Shown piece by piece: positions 8,150-18,941 of a DNA stretch of 64,000 nt (the stretch's first letter is position 1; the number at the start of each line of letters is the position of its first letter). Source of the stretch: Gemmatimonadota bacterium (GTDB taxonomy: Bacteria > Gemmatimonadota > Gemmatimonadetes > Gemmatimonadales > GWC2-71-9); NCBI GenBank assembly GCA_039586365.1, contig JBDHKN010000023.1, positions 9,499 to 73,498 on the forward strand, given 5' to 3'. The notes below the pieces were generated by a model. That model searched no databases and was not told the DNA's origin. It was given only the letters and a program-made list of their open reading frames with translations. The translations under genes were made by a program, and so were the position numbers.

Positions 8150-10975
8150 ATGTCGCGTCACCTACTGACTTCGGTGGTTTACCTGTGTCTATTCACAACT
8201 ACGATTGCGATCCCTGGTGCGCACGCTCAATCCACCAGCGGTAAACATCCCATCACGCCAGCTGACTATGGGCAGTGGGAGACTCTGGGAAACGGCACGC
8301 TATCACATGATGGCAGATGGCTGGCTTACCCGATCAGCAGGGTGAACGAAGAAAACGAGTTGCGCGTCCGGCGGCTCGAAGGGGAAGAGACGATCGTCGT
8401 ACCATACGGCACGCGCCCGGCGTTCTCCGATGACAGTCGTTGGCTGGCGTACGCGGTCGGCGTCAGCGTCGAGGAACGTAAGAAGCTGGAGAAGCAGAAG
8501 AAGCCAATACGCGATCAGCTCGGTCTCAGGAACCTCGTCACCGGTGACAGTCTGGCGATCGACGAGGTGGCGTCGTTCTCATTCTCGGATGACGGTGCTT
8601 ACTTGGCGATGCGTCGTTATCCACCGGCAAATGCCGACGACAGCAAGCACAAAGGGGTGGACCTCGTGGTCCGGACCTTGGCCACAGGTGTTGAAACCAA
8701 TTTCGGCAACGTAGCAGAGTTCTCATGGCAGGAGGCGGGAACGCTGCTCGCTTTTGTCATCGACGCTGAGGGGCAAGCCGGCAACGGCGTTCAGGTGTTC
8801 GATCCGGCAACAGGAATGCTGCGAACGCTGGACTCCAAGTCCACCCGCTATAAGGGGCTGACGTGGAGAGAGGAGAGCGATGACCTGGCTGTCCTGCGGG
8901 TTCGTCCGGGAGGTGAGGAATACGAGGACTCCACGCATGTGATTCTGGCGTGGCGCGGGCTCGGTGGGCGCGCACCGATGGAAGCGACGTTCGATCCTGA
9001 CTCAACAGCCGCGTTTCCAGCGGACACCAGGATCGTGGACTATCGGTCGCTCACCTGGTCGGATGACGGGAGCATCGTCTTCTTCGGGATCAAGCAGCGG
9101 GAGAAGAAGACGGAGCCGTCCGATAGCGTTGCCGCCGACTCAGCCGGGACCGCGGCGGATTCCACGGGCACCGAGGACATCGAGGAATCTGAGGCGGACG
9201 ACGAGGAGGAGCCGAGCACGGTGCAGATCTGGCACGCCGACGATGTGGACATCTTTCCCCGCCAAAAGATCACCGCCAACGAGGACCGACAGGAGAACTA
9301 CCTAGCCGCCTGGCATCTCGATGCTGGCAGGTTCGCGCAGCTAGGTAATGACCTCGTCGAGGATGTGACTCTCGTCGAGGGAGACAAACTTGCCATCGGG
9401 ACAGACGCCACACCCTACGAACAGGCGCGGATGTTCGGGCCGGAGTTTCGGGACATCTACGCAATAGATGTGGCGACAGGTGATGCGACCAAGGTGAAGG
9501 AGAGGATCCAGTACAATTACGGTCCGAGTTCAGGGGGCCAATACCTAGTGTACCTCGTCGACAACCACTACTGGACCTACGATTTGGACACCGGCCAACA
9601 CACCAACATCACAGAGGGAGTAGCGACTTCCTTCGTCAATCTGGAAGACGACCACACGGTGCAGCAGAAGCCACCGTTCGGTGTGGTGGGCTGGGCCAAG
9701 GACGATCGGTCTCTACTGCTGTACGACAAATACGACATCTGGGAGCTAAGGCCAGACGGGTCCAGGGCCGAGCGAGTTACGCAGGGAGCGGAAGAGCGAA
9801 TCCGCTACCGGCGCGTGCGCCTTGACCCCGACGAAGAATTCATCGACACGTCGGTCCCTCTGTATTTGAGCACTTATGGCGAGTGGAGCAAGGAGTACGG
9901 GTATTCACGCGTTAGGGTCGGTCGGCAACCCGAGCGGCTGGTTTGGCTGCACACCAGTGTCGGGAGGCTCCAGCAAGCGGAGGACGCGGACGTGTTCGCC
10001 TACGTGGTGCAGGATTTCGACGACTCGCCCGACTACTTCGTCGCGGGTGCGGATCTGGCCAATCCACGACAGGTTACGGAAACCAATCCGTTCCAAGGCG
10101 ACTTTGCCTGGGGCAGGTCAGAACTGATTGAATACGAGAACACATGGGGCAAGAAGCTGCAGGGTGCTCTGTTCTACCCTGCGGACTACGAGCCAGGTAG
10201 GCAGTATCCCATGATCGTCTACATCTACGAAATTCGCTCACCATCGGTACACAGCTACACAGTGCCATCGGATCGGAGCGCCTACAACACCACAGTGTTC
10301 ACTAGCCAGGGCTACTTCGTACTGCAGCCTGACATCGTGTATCGAGATCGGAATCCGGGTCTGTCGGCAGTGGAGGCAATCGAGCCGGCCGTCCAAAAAG
10401 TGCTCGAGACCGGTATGGTCGACCCAGCGCGAGTGGGTTTGACGGGCCATTCCTGGGGTGGCTATCAAACGGCTTTTGTGGTGACTCAGACCGATATGTT
10501 TGCGGCGGCCGTTGCCGGCGCACCACTGACCAATCTGGTGAGCATGTATCTGTCAGTATACTGGAACTCAGGCAGTACAGATGCGCGAATCTTCGAGATC
10601 AGCCAGGGACGCATGGAAGTGCCATTCTGGGAGGATGTGGATGCGTATGTCGCCAATTCCCCCGTTTTCCACGTAGCGGACATGAACACGCCGCTGCTTG
10701 TCGCTCACGGGACGGAGGACGGCGCAGTGGACTTCAACCAAGGGGTGGAATACTACAACGCGGCACGGCGGGCTGAGAAGGACTTCGTGCTGCTCGTTTA
10801 CGAAGGTGAGAATCACGGTAATGCGAAGAAGGCCAATCAGATTGACTACCACCAGCGAATCGTGGACTGGTTTGGTCACTATCTGAAGGGTGAGCCTGCT
10901 CCAACTTGGATCAGTAGCGGCGTATCCTATCTCGAGCAGGAAAAGCTGCGTAAGAAGGAGAGTGGCGACAGGTAA
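8150..10975 (+). CDS. S9-family prolyl oligopeptidase / dipeptidyl aminopeptidase, exported
   Basis: Start reassigned to ATG 8150 (GGAGG RBS, signal peptide ending AHA-Q); beta-propeller repeats; GHSWGG nucleophile motif, HGTED, ENH. Confidence 0.9.
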   Translation: MSRHLLTSVVYLCLFTTTIAIPGAHAQSTSGKHPITPADYGQWETLGNGTLSHDGRWLAYPISRVNEENELRVRRLEGEETIVVPYGTRPAFSDDSRWLAYAVGVSVEERKKLEKQKKPIRDQLGLRNLVTGDSLAIDEVASFSFSDDGAYLAMRRYPPANADDSKHKGVDLVVRTLATGVETNFGNVAEFSWQEAGTLLAFVIDAEGQAGNGVQVFDPATGMLRTLDSKSTRYKGLTWREESDDLAVLRVRPGGEEYEDSTHVILAWRGLGGRAPMEATFDPDSTAAFPADTRIVDYRSLTWSDDGSIVFFGIKQREKKTEPSDSVAADSAGTAADSTGTEDIEESEADDEEEPSTVQIWHADDVDIFPRQKITANEDRQENYLAAWHLDAGRFAQLGNDLVEDVTLVEGDKLAIGTDATPYEQARMFGPEFRDIYAIDVATGDATKVKERIQYNYGPSSGGQYLVYLVDNHYWTYDLDTGQHTNITEGVATSFVNLEDDHTVQQKPPFGVVGWAKDDRSLLLYDKYDIWELRPDGSRAERVTQGAEERIRYRRVRLDPDEEFIDTSVPLYLSTYGEWSKEYGYSRVRVGRQPERLVWLHTSVGRLQQAEDADVFAYVVQDFDDSPDYFVAGADLANPRQVTETNPFQGDFAWGRSELIEYENTWGKKLQGALFYPADYEPGRQYPMIVYIYEIRSPSVHSYTVPSDRSAYNTTVFTSQGYFVLQPDIVYRDRNPGLSAVEAIEPAVQKVLETGMVDPARVGLTGHSWGGYQTAFVVTQTDMFAAAVAGAPLTNLVSMYLSVYWNSGSTDARIFEISQGRMEVPFWEDVDAYVANSPVFHVADMNTPLLVAHGTEDGAVDFNQGVEYYNAARRAEKDFVLLVYEGENHGNAKKANQIDYHQRIVDWFGHYLKGEPAPTWISSGVSYLEQEKLRKKESGDR

Positions 10976-11026
10976 CGCATGATCGCTACCGCTTCACTTG
11001 AAGCGGTGTGTTGCCGAGTCCAATAT

Positions 11027-11698
11027 CTACAGGGAGGGCTTCCAACCTTCGCCATTCCAGCACATCTCCCAAAACGTCCATTCGTACCGGCTCGAGAGCA
11101 GAAACAGCTCCTCGAGCCGTTGCTTCTTCGTGGACGAGGCTCCTTCTGCTACTCGGTTCAACTCGATCTTGAGCCAGTCAGCGGCTTGCTCGAATTCCTC
11201 GGATGCGTACTGCTCTATCCAGTCGGCATAACGCTTGTCGTTCGGAGCATCGCGTTGCGCCAGATGTCTGGCGACGTACACGTATCCCCAGGCGCATGGA
11301 AGCAGTGCTGCTAGCAGGTCGGCCATGTCTCCGTCCGCTGCAACGCGAACCAGGAAATCGGTATACGCCCGTGTAGTGGGCCACATAGACTGTGCTTCCA
11401 GCTCAGTAGCAGATATACCGAATCGCTCCGCGTAGGTGCGATGCAGCGACATTTCAGTGTTCAGGGTGAGATTCAGAACTGCAGCATACCACCCCATTGA
11501 GTCTAGGTTGTCAGCTTTGGTCACCGCCCAGGCGAAAACGCGGGCAAATTCCTTGAGGTACAGGTAGTCCTGCAGCACCCAGCGCTTGAACTTCTCGATA
11601 TCGAGCGAACCGTCACCAAGACCCTTGACGAACGGGTGTGACAGTTGAGCGTCCCAGATGGGTCTAGCTGCCTTGTGAAGATCGTCGGACAGGGTCAA
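11027..11698 (-). CDS. tenA: Thiaminase II / aminopyrimidine aminohydrolase
   Basis: HPFV, QDYLYL, LLPCAWGY (catalytic Cys), YEWTFW; start TTG 11698 with AAGGA upstream. Confidence 0.88.
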   Translation of the reverse strand: MTLSDDLHKAARPIWDAQLSHPFVKGLGDGSLDIEKFKRWVLQDYLYLKEFARVFAWAVTKADNLDSMGWYAAVLNLTLNTEMSLHRTYAERFGISATELEAQSMWPTTRAYTDFLVRVAADGDMADLLAALLPCAWGYVYVARHLAQRDAPNDKRYADWIEQYASEEFEQAADWLKIELNRVAEGASSTKKQRLEELFLLSSRYEWTFWEMCWNGEGWKPSL

Positions 11699-11714
11699 TG
11701 GACGGTCCTTTTGT

Positions 11715-11818
11715 GGGGAGCGGAGAGCTGGGAGCGGGGAGCTGTGCGCCCCTGCGCGGCGAGTCCTTCCATCTAATAGGGGAGAGGCCTGCTCCCGGCT
11801 CCCAGCTCTCCACTCCCC
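11715..11818. repeat. Inverted pair of GGGAGC(N) heptamer arrays
   Basis: ggggagc-ggagagc-tgggagc-ggggagc (11715-11742) and the reverse-complement array gctcccg-gctccca-gctctcc-actcccc (11791-11818). Confidence 0.7.
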
Positions 11819-12129
11819 TTTGAGCATTTTTCACACGGACAGATCGCATGCAGAAAGTCGTACGTGTAGATACCTGTGCTGTGTCCGTCGTTCCAGTCTA
11901 TCCTGATTGCATAGCTGCCAACCAGGGAGATCTTCAGTGGACTAATGTCCTCCGGCACCGCAGCCGGGTCGATCAAGGGAACACCTGTCATCTCGTCCCT
12001 GCACCGCGCGCACTGGCACCTGAGCCTCAGGTCGCGTGCGGGGTATAACCCCTTGTGGTCGTCGTCCCATGTGATTGCGATGTCGCGTTCACCACGGTGA
12101 ATCTGCTTGGGAATTCGTAGCTCAGTCAT
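11773..12129 (-). CDS. DUF971 / GBBH-like N-terminal domain protein
   Basis: LRLRCQCARCRDEMTG and VGSYAIRIDWNDGHSTGIY motifs. Confidence 0.85.
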   Translation of the reverse strand: MTELRIPKQIHRGERDIAITWDDDHKGLYPARDLRLRCQCARCRDEMTGVPLIDPAAVPEDISPLKISLVGSYAIRIDWNDGHSTGIYTYDFLHAICPCEKCSKGSGELGAGSRPLPY

Positions 12130-12197
12130 GCCACAGGTGTTCTCCGGAATTCCAAGGGACCCGCCCCGGATACACTCGCACCATCGCCCACCGTCCT

Positions 12198-13202
12198 TCA
12201 CATTCTCTCTTGTTGCCCTTTGGTGCCCGCCCTGATCCCCGCCAACGTTTCCAACCCGATGTTACCGCCACTGACGACCACCGCGATGTGCTTCCCGTGG
12301 GCCGCGAACTTCCCGGACAGCAGAGCCGCGATTCCCACTGCACCTCCGCCTTCCACCACTAGCTTTAGCTCCACGGCTGCGAACTCCATCGCCTCGCGGA
12401 TCTCATCCTCCGTGACGAGCAGATGTTCATCGACATGGTCCTGCACCAACTGGAATGTGTATCTGTTGTCCAGTCCGATTCCTCCCGACAGTGCACTGGC
12501 GACAGTCTCGTCCTCAGGAAATGCAATCGGCCTCCCGGCCTTCAAGCTCTCGAACATGACCCTTGCGTTGGCAGCCGATACCGCAACGACTCGGACGTTG
12601 GGATCCGCCGACTTCGTGGCCAGAGCGATTCCGCCTATCAGGCCCCCACCTGATAGCGGCACTAGGACGGTATCGAGATCGGGGTCCTGCTCGAGGAGTT
12701 CGAGACCGATGGTACCCTGGCCAGCAATTATGAGTGGATCGTCAAACGGATTGACGTAGGTCAACCCCTGTTCTCGTTGGATCTCATAGGAACGCTGCTC
12801 GGCGGCGTCGTAGCTGTCTCCATGGAGGACTGCCACAGCACCGTATCGCTTGATGGCTGCGAGCTTGGTGGAGTCGACCCATTCCGGGACGCAAACGGTT
12901 GCCCTCACTCCCAGGAGATCGGCGACATAGGCGACTGCTTTGCCATGATTACCACTCGAGCAAGTGACAATCCCACGTGCTCTTTCCTCACCCGAGAGGG
13001 CTAGCAACCTGTTCGCAGCACCCCGGACCTTGAACGAACCCGTGACCTGCAGGTTCTCCAGCTTCAGCGTTACCGGAGCTCCCGTGAGGTCAGACAAGAC
13101 ACGCGATCGCAGCACCGGAGACTGCAGCGCAACGTTAGCGATCGCGTGTCTGGCTGCGACTACCTGATCCAGACCTAGCGGTACCGAGCTGGTTGAGTCC
13201 AC
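12198..13202 (-). CDS. PLP-dependent threonine/serine dehydratase family protein
   Basis: KLENLQVTGSFKVRGA, SSGNHG, GQGTIGLE, SGGGLIGG, SGGN. Confidence 0.9.
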   Translation of the reverse strand: MDSTSSVPLGLDQVVAARHAIANVALQSPVLRSRVLSDLTGAPVTLKLENLQVTGSFKVRGAANRLLALSGEERARGIVTCSSGNHGKAVAYVADLLGVRATVCVPEWVDSTKLAAIKRYGAVAVLHGDSYDAAEQRSYEIQREQGLTYVNPFDDPLIIAGQGTIGLELLEQDPDLDTVLVPLSGGGLIGGIALATKSADPNVRVVAVSAANARVMFESLKAGRPIAFPEDETVASALSGGIGLDNRYTFQLVQDHVDEHLLVTEDEIREAMEFAAVELKLVVEGGGAVGIAALLSGKFAAHGKHIAVVVSGGNIGLETLAGIRAGTKGQQERM

Positions 13203-13247
13203 TTCAGCTCAGGCGAACGGTGCCATATTGTCCGGCATCAGCCAATG

Positions 13248-13538
13248 CTAACCTTGCTCGTTGGCTCGGCCATAGGAACCTCTCGCAAGCAACCGCTCAG
13301 CAAAATCGATTCGTTCGTGCAACTCCGAGATCTCACCGACCAATTGATCGCGCATTTCACGATTCTCAGTCCGCAAAGCCTCGATGGCCTCAAGGAGTAC
13401 GGCATTGTCTCCCCCTGCCGAGAGTTCCTTGCGTTTGAGCCATGCGCCGAGCACGATCTTGATGGCGACGAGGGAGAACCCGCTCAGCGTGAGGATCCCA
13501 ATGACCGTGAAGAGCGTGTCGAAGTTACCAGGTGTCAT
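13248..13538 (-). CDS. Small single-TM coiled-coil hypothetical protein
   Basis: N-terminal TM helix followed by a coiled coil ending ELHERIDFAERLL; co-directional between two genes. Confidence 0.7.
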   Translation of the reverse strand: MTPGNFDTLFTVIGILTLSGFSLVAIKIVLGAWLKRKELSAGGDNAVLLEAIEALRTENREMRDQLVGEISELHERIDFAERLLARGSYGRANEQG

Positions 13539-13562
13539 TTGCGATTCTTCTCAGGTCTCGCC

Positions 13563-15287
13563 TCAATTCTCGGTGCTGGAATAGACTACCTTGCCTCCAA
13601 GTATGGTATGGACAACCGCGGCGCTCGGGATCTCGTCCTCGGGAATCGTCATGATATCTTTGGAAAGCACGACGATGTCGGCGAACTTCCCTGGTGTCAG
13701 CGATCCCATGACATCCTCTGCAAAGGCGGCGTACGCGTTGTTCAGCGTGTAGGACCGCAGCGCCTCTTCGCGTGTCATCCGCTGATTCGGGAAGAACAGC
13801 GACCCGTCGCTCAGCTTCCGGGTCACGGAAGCGTAGAATCCGGCAATGGGGTCAATGTCCTCAACGGGAGTGTCGGTGCCGTTCATGACGACGGCCCCGG
13901 TGTTCATGAGATCCCGCCACAGGTAGGCGCCTTCCTCTGCCCGCTGGGTCCCGAGCCGCTTGTACACCCACGGCGCGTCCGAGGTGCAATGGATCCCCTG
14001 CATTGCAGCAATGACTCCCAAACCCGCGAACCGGTTGAGGTCATCGCGGTGCAAGTGTTGAGCGTGCTCGATGCGCCAGCGTAGATCGGTCTCTTCCGGA
14101 TTGGCTTGGAACGCAGCTTGGTAGATGTCCAACACTTCACGGTTGGCGCGATCTCCAATGGCGTGTGTGTTCAGCTGGAAACCGTGCTCGATCGCGATCT
14201 CAGCAGTCCGCGTGATGTCGTCCACGGGCTCGAGCACCAGTCCTGTGCTCTGTGGCAGATCTTCGTAAGGCTCGAGCAACCAGGCGCCATGGGCGCCCAG
14301 AGCGCCGTCTATCTGCCGCTTGATCGAGCGCACGGTCAGGAAACCGTTGGCGTAGTCGATCAGCCGATAATCCGGTAGTCTTTCCGCCATCTCCTCGTTG
14401 GTTTGGTACCGGACCATCACGTACAGCCGGACGGGCAGCCTGCCCTCGTCTGCCAGCTCTTTGAACAGATCGATTGTCTCGAACGAGGCCCCCGCATCGT
14501 GGAAACTCGTGACCCCTTTGGACAATGCCTCTTGTCCGGCCATTTCCACCACAGCCACGTCATGAGCCCGCTTCTCCTCCGGAGTTCGGCCCGCCTCAGA
14601 TCGAGCGATGGCTTCCCTGACTGGCAATTGCGCCTTTTCGCGCAGAGCTCCGGTCGGGTTGCCAGCACGGTCGTGCAGGATCTCTCCACCGGCAGGATCG
14701 GGAGTGTCGCTAGTGATGCCCGCGAGTTCGAGAGCCCTTGCGTTGGCGAAAGATGCGTGACCACTGGCATGGGTCAGGAGGACGGGATTATCAGGCGAGA
14801 CCCTGCTCAATCCCTGGTGCAAGGGAAGCCCATCGACCGACGGCCGCGGTGTAAGGTCCCACTTTTCCTGATGCCATCCGTGACCCAGTATCCACTCTCC
14901 CGGCGCGGATTCCGCCACGGCAGCCGCCACGATCGTGACGATCTCATCCCAGTTTCGCGCGGCCGTAAGGTCCAGCATCATTTTCGATTGGCCTAACGAC
15001 GTGTAGTGGCCGTGCCCCTCGATGAAGCCGGGGACCGCCAGTCTCCCGTTCAGATCGATCACTTCGGTGTACTGGCCGATGTACCTCGCAATCTCGCCGT
15101 CGCTGCCTACGGCAATGATCTTGTCACCCGATACGGCCATTGCCTGGGCCTCCGGGTGAGCCGAATCGACCGTGACGATCTTGCCGTTACGCAGTACGAG
15201 ATCGGCGGGCTGCGCCCCGCAAGCTGCAAGGTGACCGAGGGTCATGAGTAAAGCAAGCGAGTGACTCCGTGTATGGTGCCATGTCAT
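13563..15287 (-). CDS. YtcJ-like metal-dependent amidohydrolase (Amidohydro_3), lipoprotein
   Basis: Start ATG 15287 (GGAG RBS); lipobox LAAC; PGFIEGHGH, DGALG, HAIGDRA, RIEHAQ, GTD. Confidence 0.9.
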   Translation of the reverse strand: MTWHHTRSHSLALLMTLGHLAACGAQPADLVLRNGKIVTVDSAHPEAQAMAVSGDKIIAVGSDGEIARYIGQYTEVIDLNGRLAVPGFIEGHGHYTSLGQSKMMLDLTAARNWDEIVTIVAAAVAESAPGEWILGHGWHQEKWDLTPRPSVDGLPLHQGLSRVSPDNPVLLTHASGHASFANARALELAGITSDTPDPAGGEILHDRAGNPTGALREKAQLPVREAIARSEAGRTPEEKRAHDVAVVEMAGQEALSKGVTSFHDAGASFETIDLFKELADEGRLPVRLYVMVRYQTNEEMAERLPDYRLIDYANGFLTVRSIKRQIDGALGAHGAWLLEPYEDLPQSTGLVLEPVDDITRTAEIAIEHGFQLNTHAIGDRANREVLDIYQAAFQANPEETDLRWRIEHAQHLHRDDLNRFAGLGVIAAMQGIHCTSDAPWVYKRLGTQRAEEGAYLWRDLMNTGAVVMNGTDTPVEDIDPIAGFYASVTRKLSDGSLFFPNQRMTREEALRSYTLNNAYAAFAEDVMGSLTPGKFADIVVLSKDIMTIPEDEIPSAAVVHTILGGKVVYSSTEN

Positions 15288-15366
15288 CTTGTTTCTCCAG
15301 GCCTCGCCGATTGTATGAACCACAGCTTGAAAGATAGCGTGAACGCGGCCCACCCGGACCGATGCC

Positions 15367-16413
15367 CTAGCGTCGTACCGCGGTCCAGCGCTTGATCTCT
15401 TCGCGAACGTCTCCCGCTGTGCCCGCACGTTCAAGGGCGCTCCACAGCCTGGCTACGGTTTCCTGGTCGACCAGGCCGGGTGGCGATCCCACAGCCGGGG
15501 TAGAAAGCCGCGCCGCTGCCCTGAATGCGTCCACTGCGTGGACCACCTCCTCCGTGTACAGGAATCTGTCCGGTCCAGGAAGCAGACTGTCTGCATCCGG
15601 CTGGAAGTATCCCAGTGCATGAAGCATCACCTTGAGCTGCCACACATCGTTGCCGGTGAACTGCTGGAGTTCACGGAATCCCAGCGTTTGCGAGATTGTG
15701 TTGTAGCTGCGGCGCAGCTCGGCCACGGGAGTGGGGTGCTCACACACGTTGATGTTGGCGGTGATTCCGTCGGGCCGCCTGGAACGGCCCCGGCGAGAGT
15801 CGGCGACCACCACTGCGGCGGACTGCACTCGTCCCTTGCGGGCATCGCCTCCCATCCCTTGGCCGGCAGCCAGAGCCTCGATGAGGCGGTCGGCCAAATG
15901 GTGCCCGGTTCCCTCTGTGCTCTCGAAACTGGCGCTCACGGCCTCCAGTACTTGCGGGCCTTCCAGCAGGTTGCCCTGCGTTACGTAATTGGGTCCTGCG
16001 CGGTGGCCTGCCCACGGATTGGTGCTGTCGCCGGTGTGCTGGGCGCTTCCGCCTTGCAGGCCGATCACGCCGACTTGGCGCCGCGCTGCCCGGTCGTCCG
16101 CACCGATGGCGCCTGCCAAAGCTTCCTGAGCCGACACGCCTTGTGCCAGCAGCTCCAACAGCTCGTTGCCGTACTCCGTCCGGGTGGACGCCTGGGTTGC
16201 CACTGCTCCCACTCCGGCACGCACCCAGGGAACTCCGTTCCCGACGCATGCAACGCGAGTGGTTACGGCGACACCGACCTCGCCCGTCGCAGTGTCGACT
16301 GCTGCGATCGAGAAGGTCGAGAACTCCAGGTTGCGTCCCCAGGTCACTGGTTCCTGCGACAGCAGTGGCTGGGCAGCCAAAGAGCAGGCAGCGGGAATCA
16401 AGATGCAGCGCAT
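15367..16413 (-). CDS. DUF1028 (Ntn-hydrolase-like) protein with C-terminal peptidoglycan-binding-like domain
   Basis: Start ATG 16413 (GGAGG); TFSIAAVD..TGEVGVAV, GVGAVATQ, QGNLL, GGDAR; C-terminal LKVMLHALGY...AVDAFR. Confidence 0.85.
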   Translation of the reverse strand: MRCILIPAACSLAAQPLLSQEPVTWGRNLEFSTFSIAAVDTATGEVGVAVTTRVACVGNGVPWVRAGVGAVATQASTRTEYGNELLELLAQGVSAQEALAGAIGADDRAARRQVGVIGLQGGSAQHTGDSTNPWAGHRAGPNYVTQGNLLEGPQVLEAVSASFESTEGTGHHLADRLIEALAAGQGMGGDARKGRVQSAAVVVADSRRGRSRRPDGITANINVCEHPTPVAELRRSYNTISQTLGFRELQQFTGNDVWQLKVMLHALGYFQPDADSLLPGPDRFLYTEEVVHAVDAFRAAARLSTPAVGSPPGLVDQETVARLWSALERAGTAGDVREEIKRWTAVRR

Positions 16414-16535
16414 TGAGCAGTCCTCCAAGTGAGACCCTTGCGGTTGTTGTGTGCCCGGGCGGCCACTGCACAGTGTCCACCCGCCACAGCGCCCAGAGAA
16501 CACCACCTGCACCGGGCATTCAAGTGAAGTAAGTG

Positions 16536-18935
16536 CTAGGACACGACATCGGGTTCCGTCGGTGCCTTGCAGCTCAGCACCATGGCAACACTGTATGCTG
16601 CAGCGCCGAGGAAGAATAGCGCGCGGGATCCGGTTTCCAGGGCGATCAGGGCCGCTAGCGGTGCCGCAACGACCGATGCGAACCCGTTCGCTGCCCACGC
16701 CCAGGCGATCCGCTTGCTGTCTGTATGGGCAAAGAGACGCAGTCCGAGCGGGAACAACCGCCCCATCAGATAGGCCAATGGTGCGAGTAGTACGGCAGCA
16801 GAAGCCGCACGGATGGTAAGAGATGTGGCTTGCAGGAAGTGCACGACGGAGAGCAACGCCGCTCCCAGGATCACAAGTATCGCAGCCAATAGCGCGGCTG
16901 TCAGCTGGATGCTGGACGGGTTGAGACGATCAGACCGGATGCTGCCGATGCCCGAACAGACGAGGAACGATGCTAGGACGACCGCGACACCGTAGATCGG
17001 ATGGCCGAGGAGCAGGCCAATCTGCTGGATGGCCGCGATCTCAGCCGCGAGATACGCCACGCCGATTGCGGTGAAGTAGCCTACCGTTGGCCACCAATCG
17101 GTACCCAATCGCTTTGCACCGGTCGCCACTGCCGGGAGCAACATGAGGAGACCCGCAAGAACGGCACTCTGCAGCAGCGTTGCAACCAGGGCAATCGGTC
17201 CCCACTCAGCATAGGGCAGCCACCCGCCGCGGTCGCTCGTGAGCAGCCTTGGTAGTGAGCCGATCCGGAGAAAATGGTGCGGGTAGGGGCGTGAGTCTCC
17301 GACTGGAGACACGTTGAAAGGGTAGGCTGAAGTGAAGTCGGCCAGGCTGTCGGCTCCATGAGTGGCCGCCGCCGCAGCGCGAAATAGTGGCGCGTCTTCG
17401 AGCAAATGGAATGTGGAGTTGGGCGCGCTCATACTGGGGTACCAATCCAGATCAAACAGCCGGGTCGCGGTCCAGTCTCGTAGCCTCGCAACCTCAGCCT
17501 CGTCGAACCCCGCTGGTCTAGCAAGCACAGTGGTCGTACCCCAGCTGCGGGCAACCACGAGTTGGCTATCCACGACCGCGGAAGCAGAACCTCTCAGGGC
17601 TTCGGCCACGGTGAGGATGACCCGAACACTCTCTCGAGGGGGCAGCGTCAGCCAACGGGTGATCGCCAGAATCCCTTGGGGCGTAAGATGTTCGAGGTAG
17701 CTGCTGTAGGCATCGACCGTGTGCAAGAAGTCCTCGTTGAGGGAGTGCACACCCGCTGCGGAGGTCCCCAATCCTCCGGCAGGCGGTAGCACAATCAGAT
17801 CGTACTTCTCGCTGGTACGGGCCACGAAGCTCCGCGCATCCGCGACGACCCAATGCACCTTGCGTTGTTCCGGATGACCGGCGAAAGCAGAGCTTGCGAG
17901 ATCGACGAGGTCGGGGTGCAGCTCTATTGCTGTAACCGCTCTCGCGCCGTGCGCCAGGGCGCTGTGAACTTCGCTGCCGCCACCGGCCGCCACCACAAGG
18001 ACGTGGCTTGGCGCGCCAAGGGCATAAGGTAGGGCTGAGGGTAGCCAGTCCAGTAACCCTGCGGCGCTGGAGTCCGCTGGCTGATTAATGGTGGCACCGA
18101 CCAGATCGCCGTCAACGAAAACCGCCGTCTGTTTGGGTAGCTCACCCTGAAATCCCAACGACAATCCTGGAGCGAAATGAAAGGCGTCAGCCTCTGTGGC
18201 AACTAGCCAACCAACCGGACTGGTGCGCTCGTGCACCCGCCTCGCGCCGGGGAACGCTGCGACCTGCGGTAGGCCTTTATAGGGAGACACCTCAATGCGC
18301 CACAGTGGCGTGATCAGGACGAACACCGACAGAGCAACCAGAATCCACGCCGAGATTGACGCAAGATGTCTGGGAGCAGACTTGGGTGTAGCAGCTACGG
18401 CACCTATGGCCGCCAGGACTGCCGGAACGGACAGTACGCGTTGCGGGAAGAGATAAGCCAGCATTCCCACCGCCAAGGCTGCACCCAAGCCAGCCCCGAT
18501 GAAGTTCGCTCCGTACATGCGTCCTGGGTGTTCTCGCTCGATGGTGAGTCCCAGGAGAATCGCCATCGCTCCGACACCGAACGGCAAGGCGAGCAGGAGA
18601 TAGATCGCAGCGAGTCGAATCCATTGCGACGAATCCCACACCAATTGTGTTGCGTCCAGTGCCACCAAATGAACCAGCGTGGGACTTGCCACCAATGAAA
18701 TCACTGTTGCGTGAGTACTCCACCCAAACCATCGCTCGACTGTGGTGGATTCGAGCCTCCCCGTTAGGGCCAGGATCGTGCCGCTCGTGCCAAATCCCAA
18801 CATGGCAACCGAAATCGCCATATACGCGAAATGATGGAAGTGTTCTATGGCGAAGATTCTTACTAGGAGGATTTCGTATGCCAGAGTGCCAGCTGATAGG
18901 AAAGCTACGGCCAGCTTCCGATCGAGTCGCTTCAC
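16536..18935 (-). CDS. Polytopic membrane protein with central spermidine-synthase-like SAM-binding domain
   Basis: About 7 N-terminal TM helices, VLVVAAGGG..AIELHP..DARSFV..YDLIVL, DSRPY, about 6 C-terminal TM helices (FPLG, WAWAANG). Confidence 0.8.
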   Translation of the reverse strand: MKRLDRKLAVAFLSAGTLAYEILLVRIFAIEHFHHFAYMAISVAMLGFGTSGTILALTGRLESTTVERWFGWSTHATVISLVASPTLVHLVALDATQLVWDSSQWIRLAAIYLLLALPFGVGAMAILLGLTIEREHPGRMYGANFIGAGLGAALAVGMLAYLFPQRVLSVPAVLAAIGAVAATPKSAPRHLASISAWILVALSVFVLITPLWRIEVSPYKGLPQVAAFPGARRVHERTSPVGWLVATEADAFHFAPGLSLGFQGELPKQTAVFVDGDLVGATINQPADSSAAGLLDWLPSALPYALGAPSHVLVVAAGGGSEVHSALAHGARAVTAIELHPDLVDLASSAFAGHPEQRKVHWVVADARSFVARTSEKYDLIVLPPAGGLGTSAAGVHSLNEDFLHTVDAYSSYLEHLTPQGILAITRWLTLPPRESVRVILTVAEALRGSASAVVDSQLVVARSWGTTTVLARPAGFDEAEVARLRDWTATRLFDLDWYPSMSAPNSTFHLLEDAPLFRAAAAATHGADSLADFTSAYPFNVSPVGDSRPYPHHFLRIGSLPRLLTSDRGGWLPYAEWGPIALVATLLQSAVLAGLLMLLPAVATGAKRLGTDWWPTVGYFTAIGVAYLAAEIAAIQQIGLLLGHPIYGVAVVLASFLVCSGIGSIRSDRLNPSSIQLTAALLAAILVILGAALLSVVHFLQATSLTIRAASAAVLLAPLAYLMGRLFPLGLRLFAHTDSKRIAWAWAANGFASVVAAPLAALIALETGSRALFFLGAAAYSVAMVLSCKAPTEPDVVS

Positions 18936-18941
18936 GGCAAG

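Noticed and set aside
11699..11772. TPP riboswitch upstream of tenA (and upstream of the MTH1187 gene)
   Set aside because: The conserved TPP aptamer core was not found; the tenA leader is occupied by heptamer repeats.
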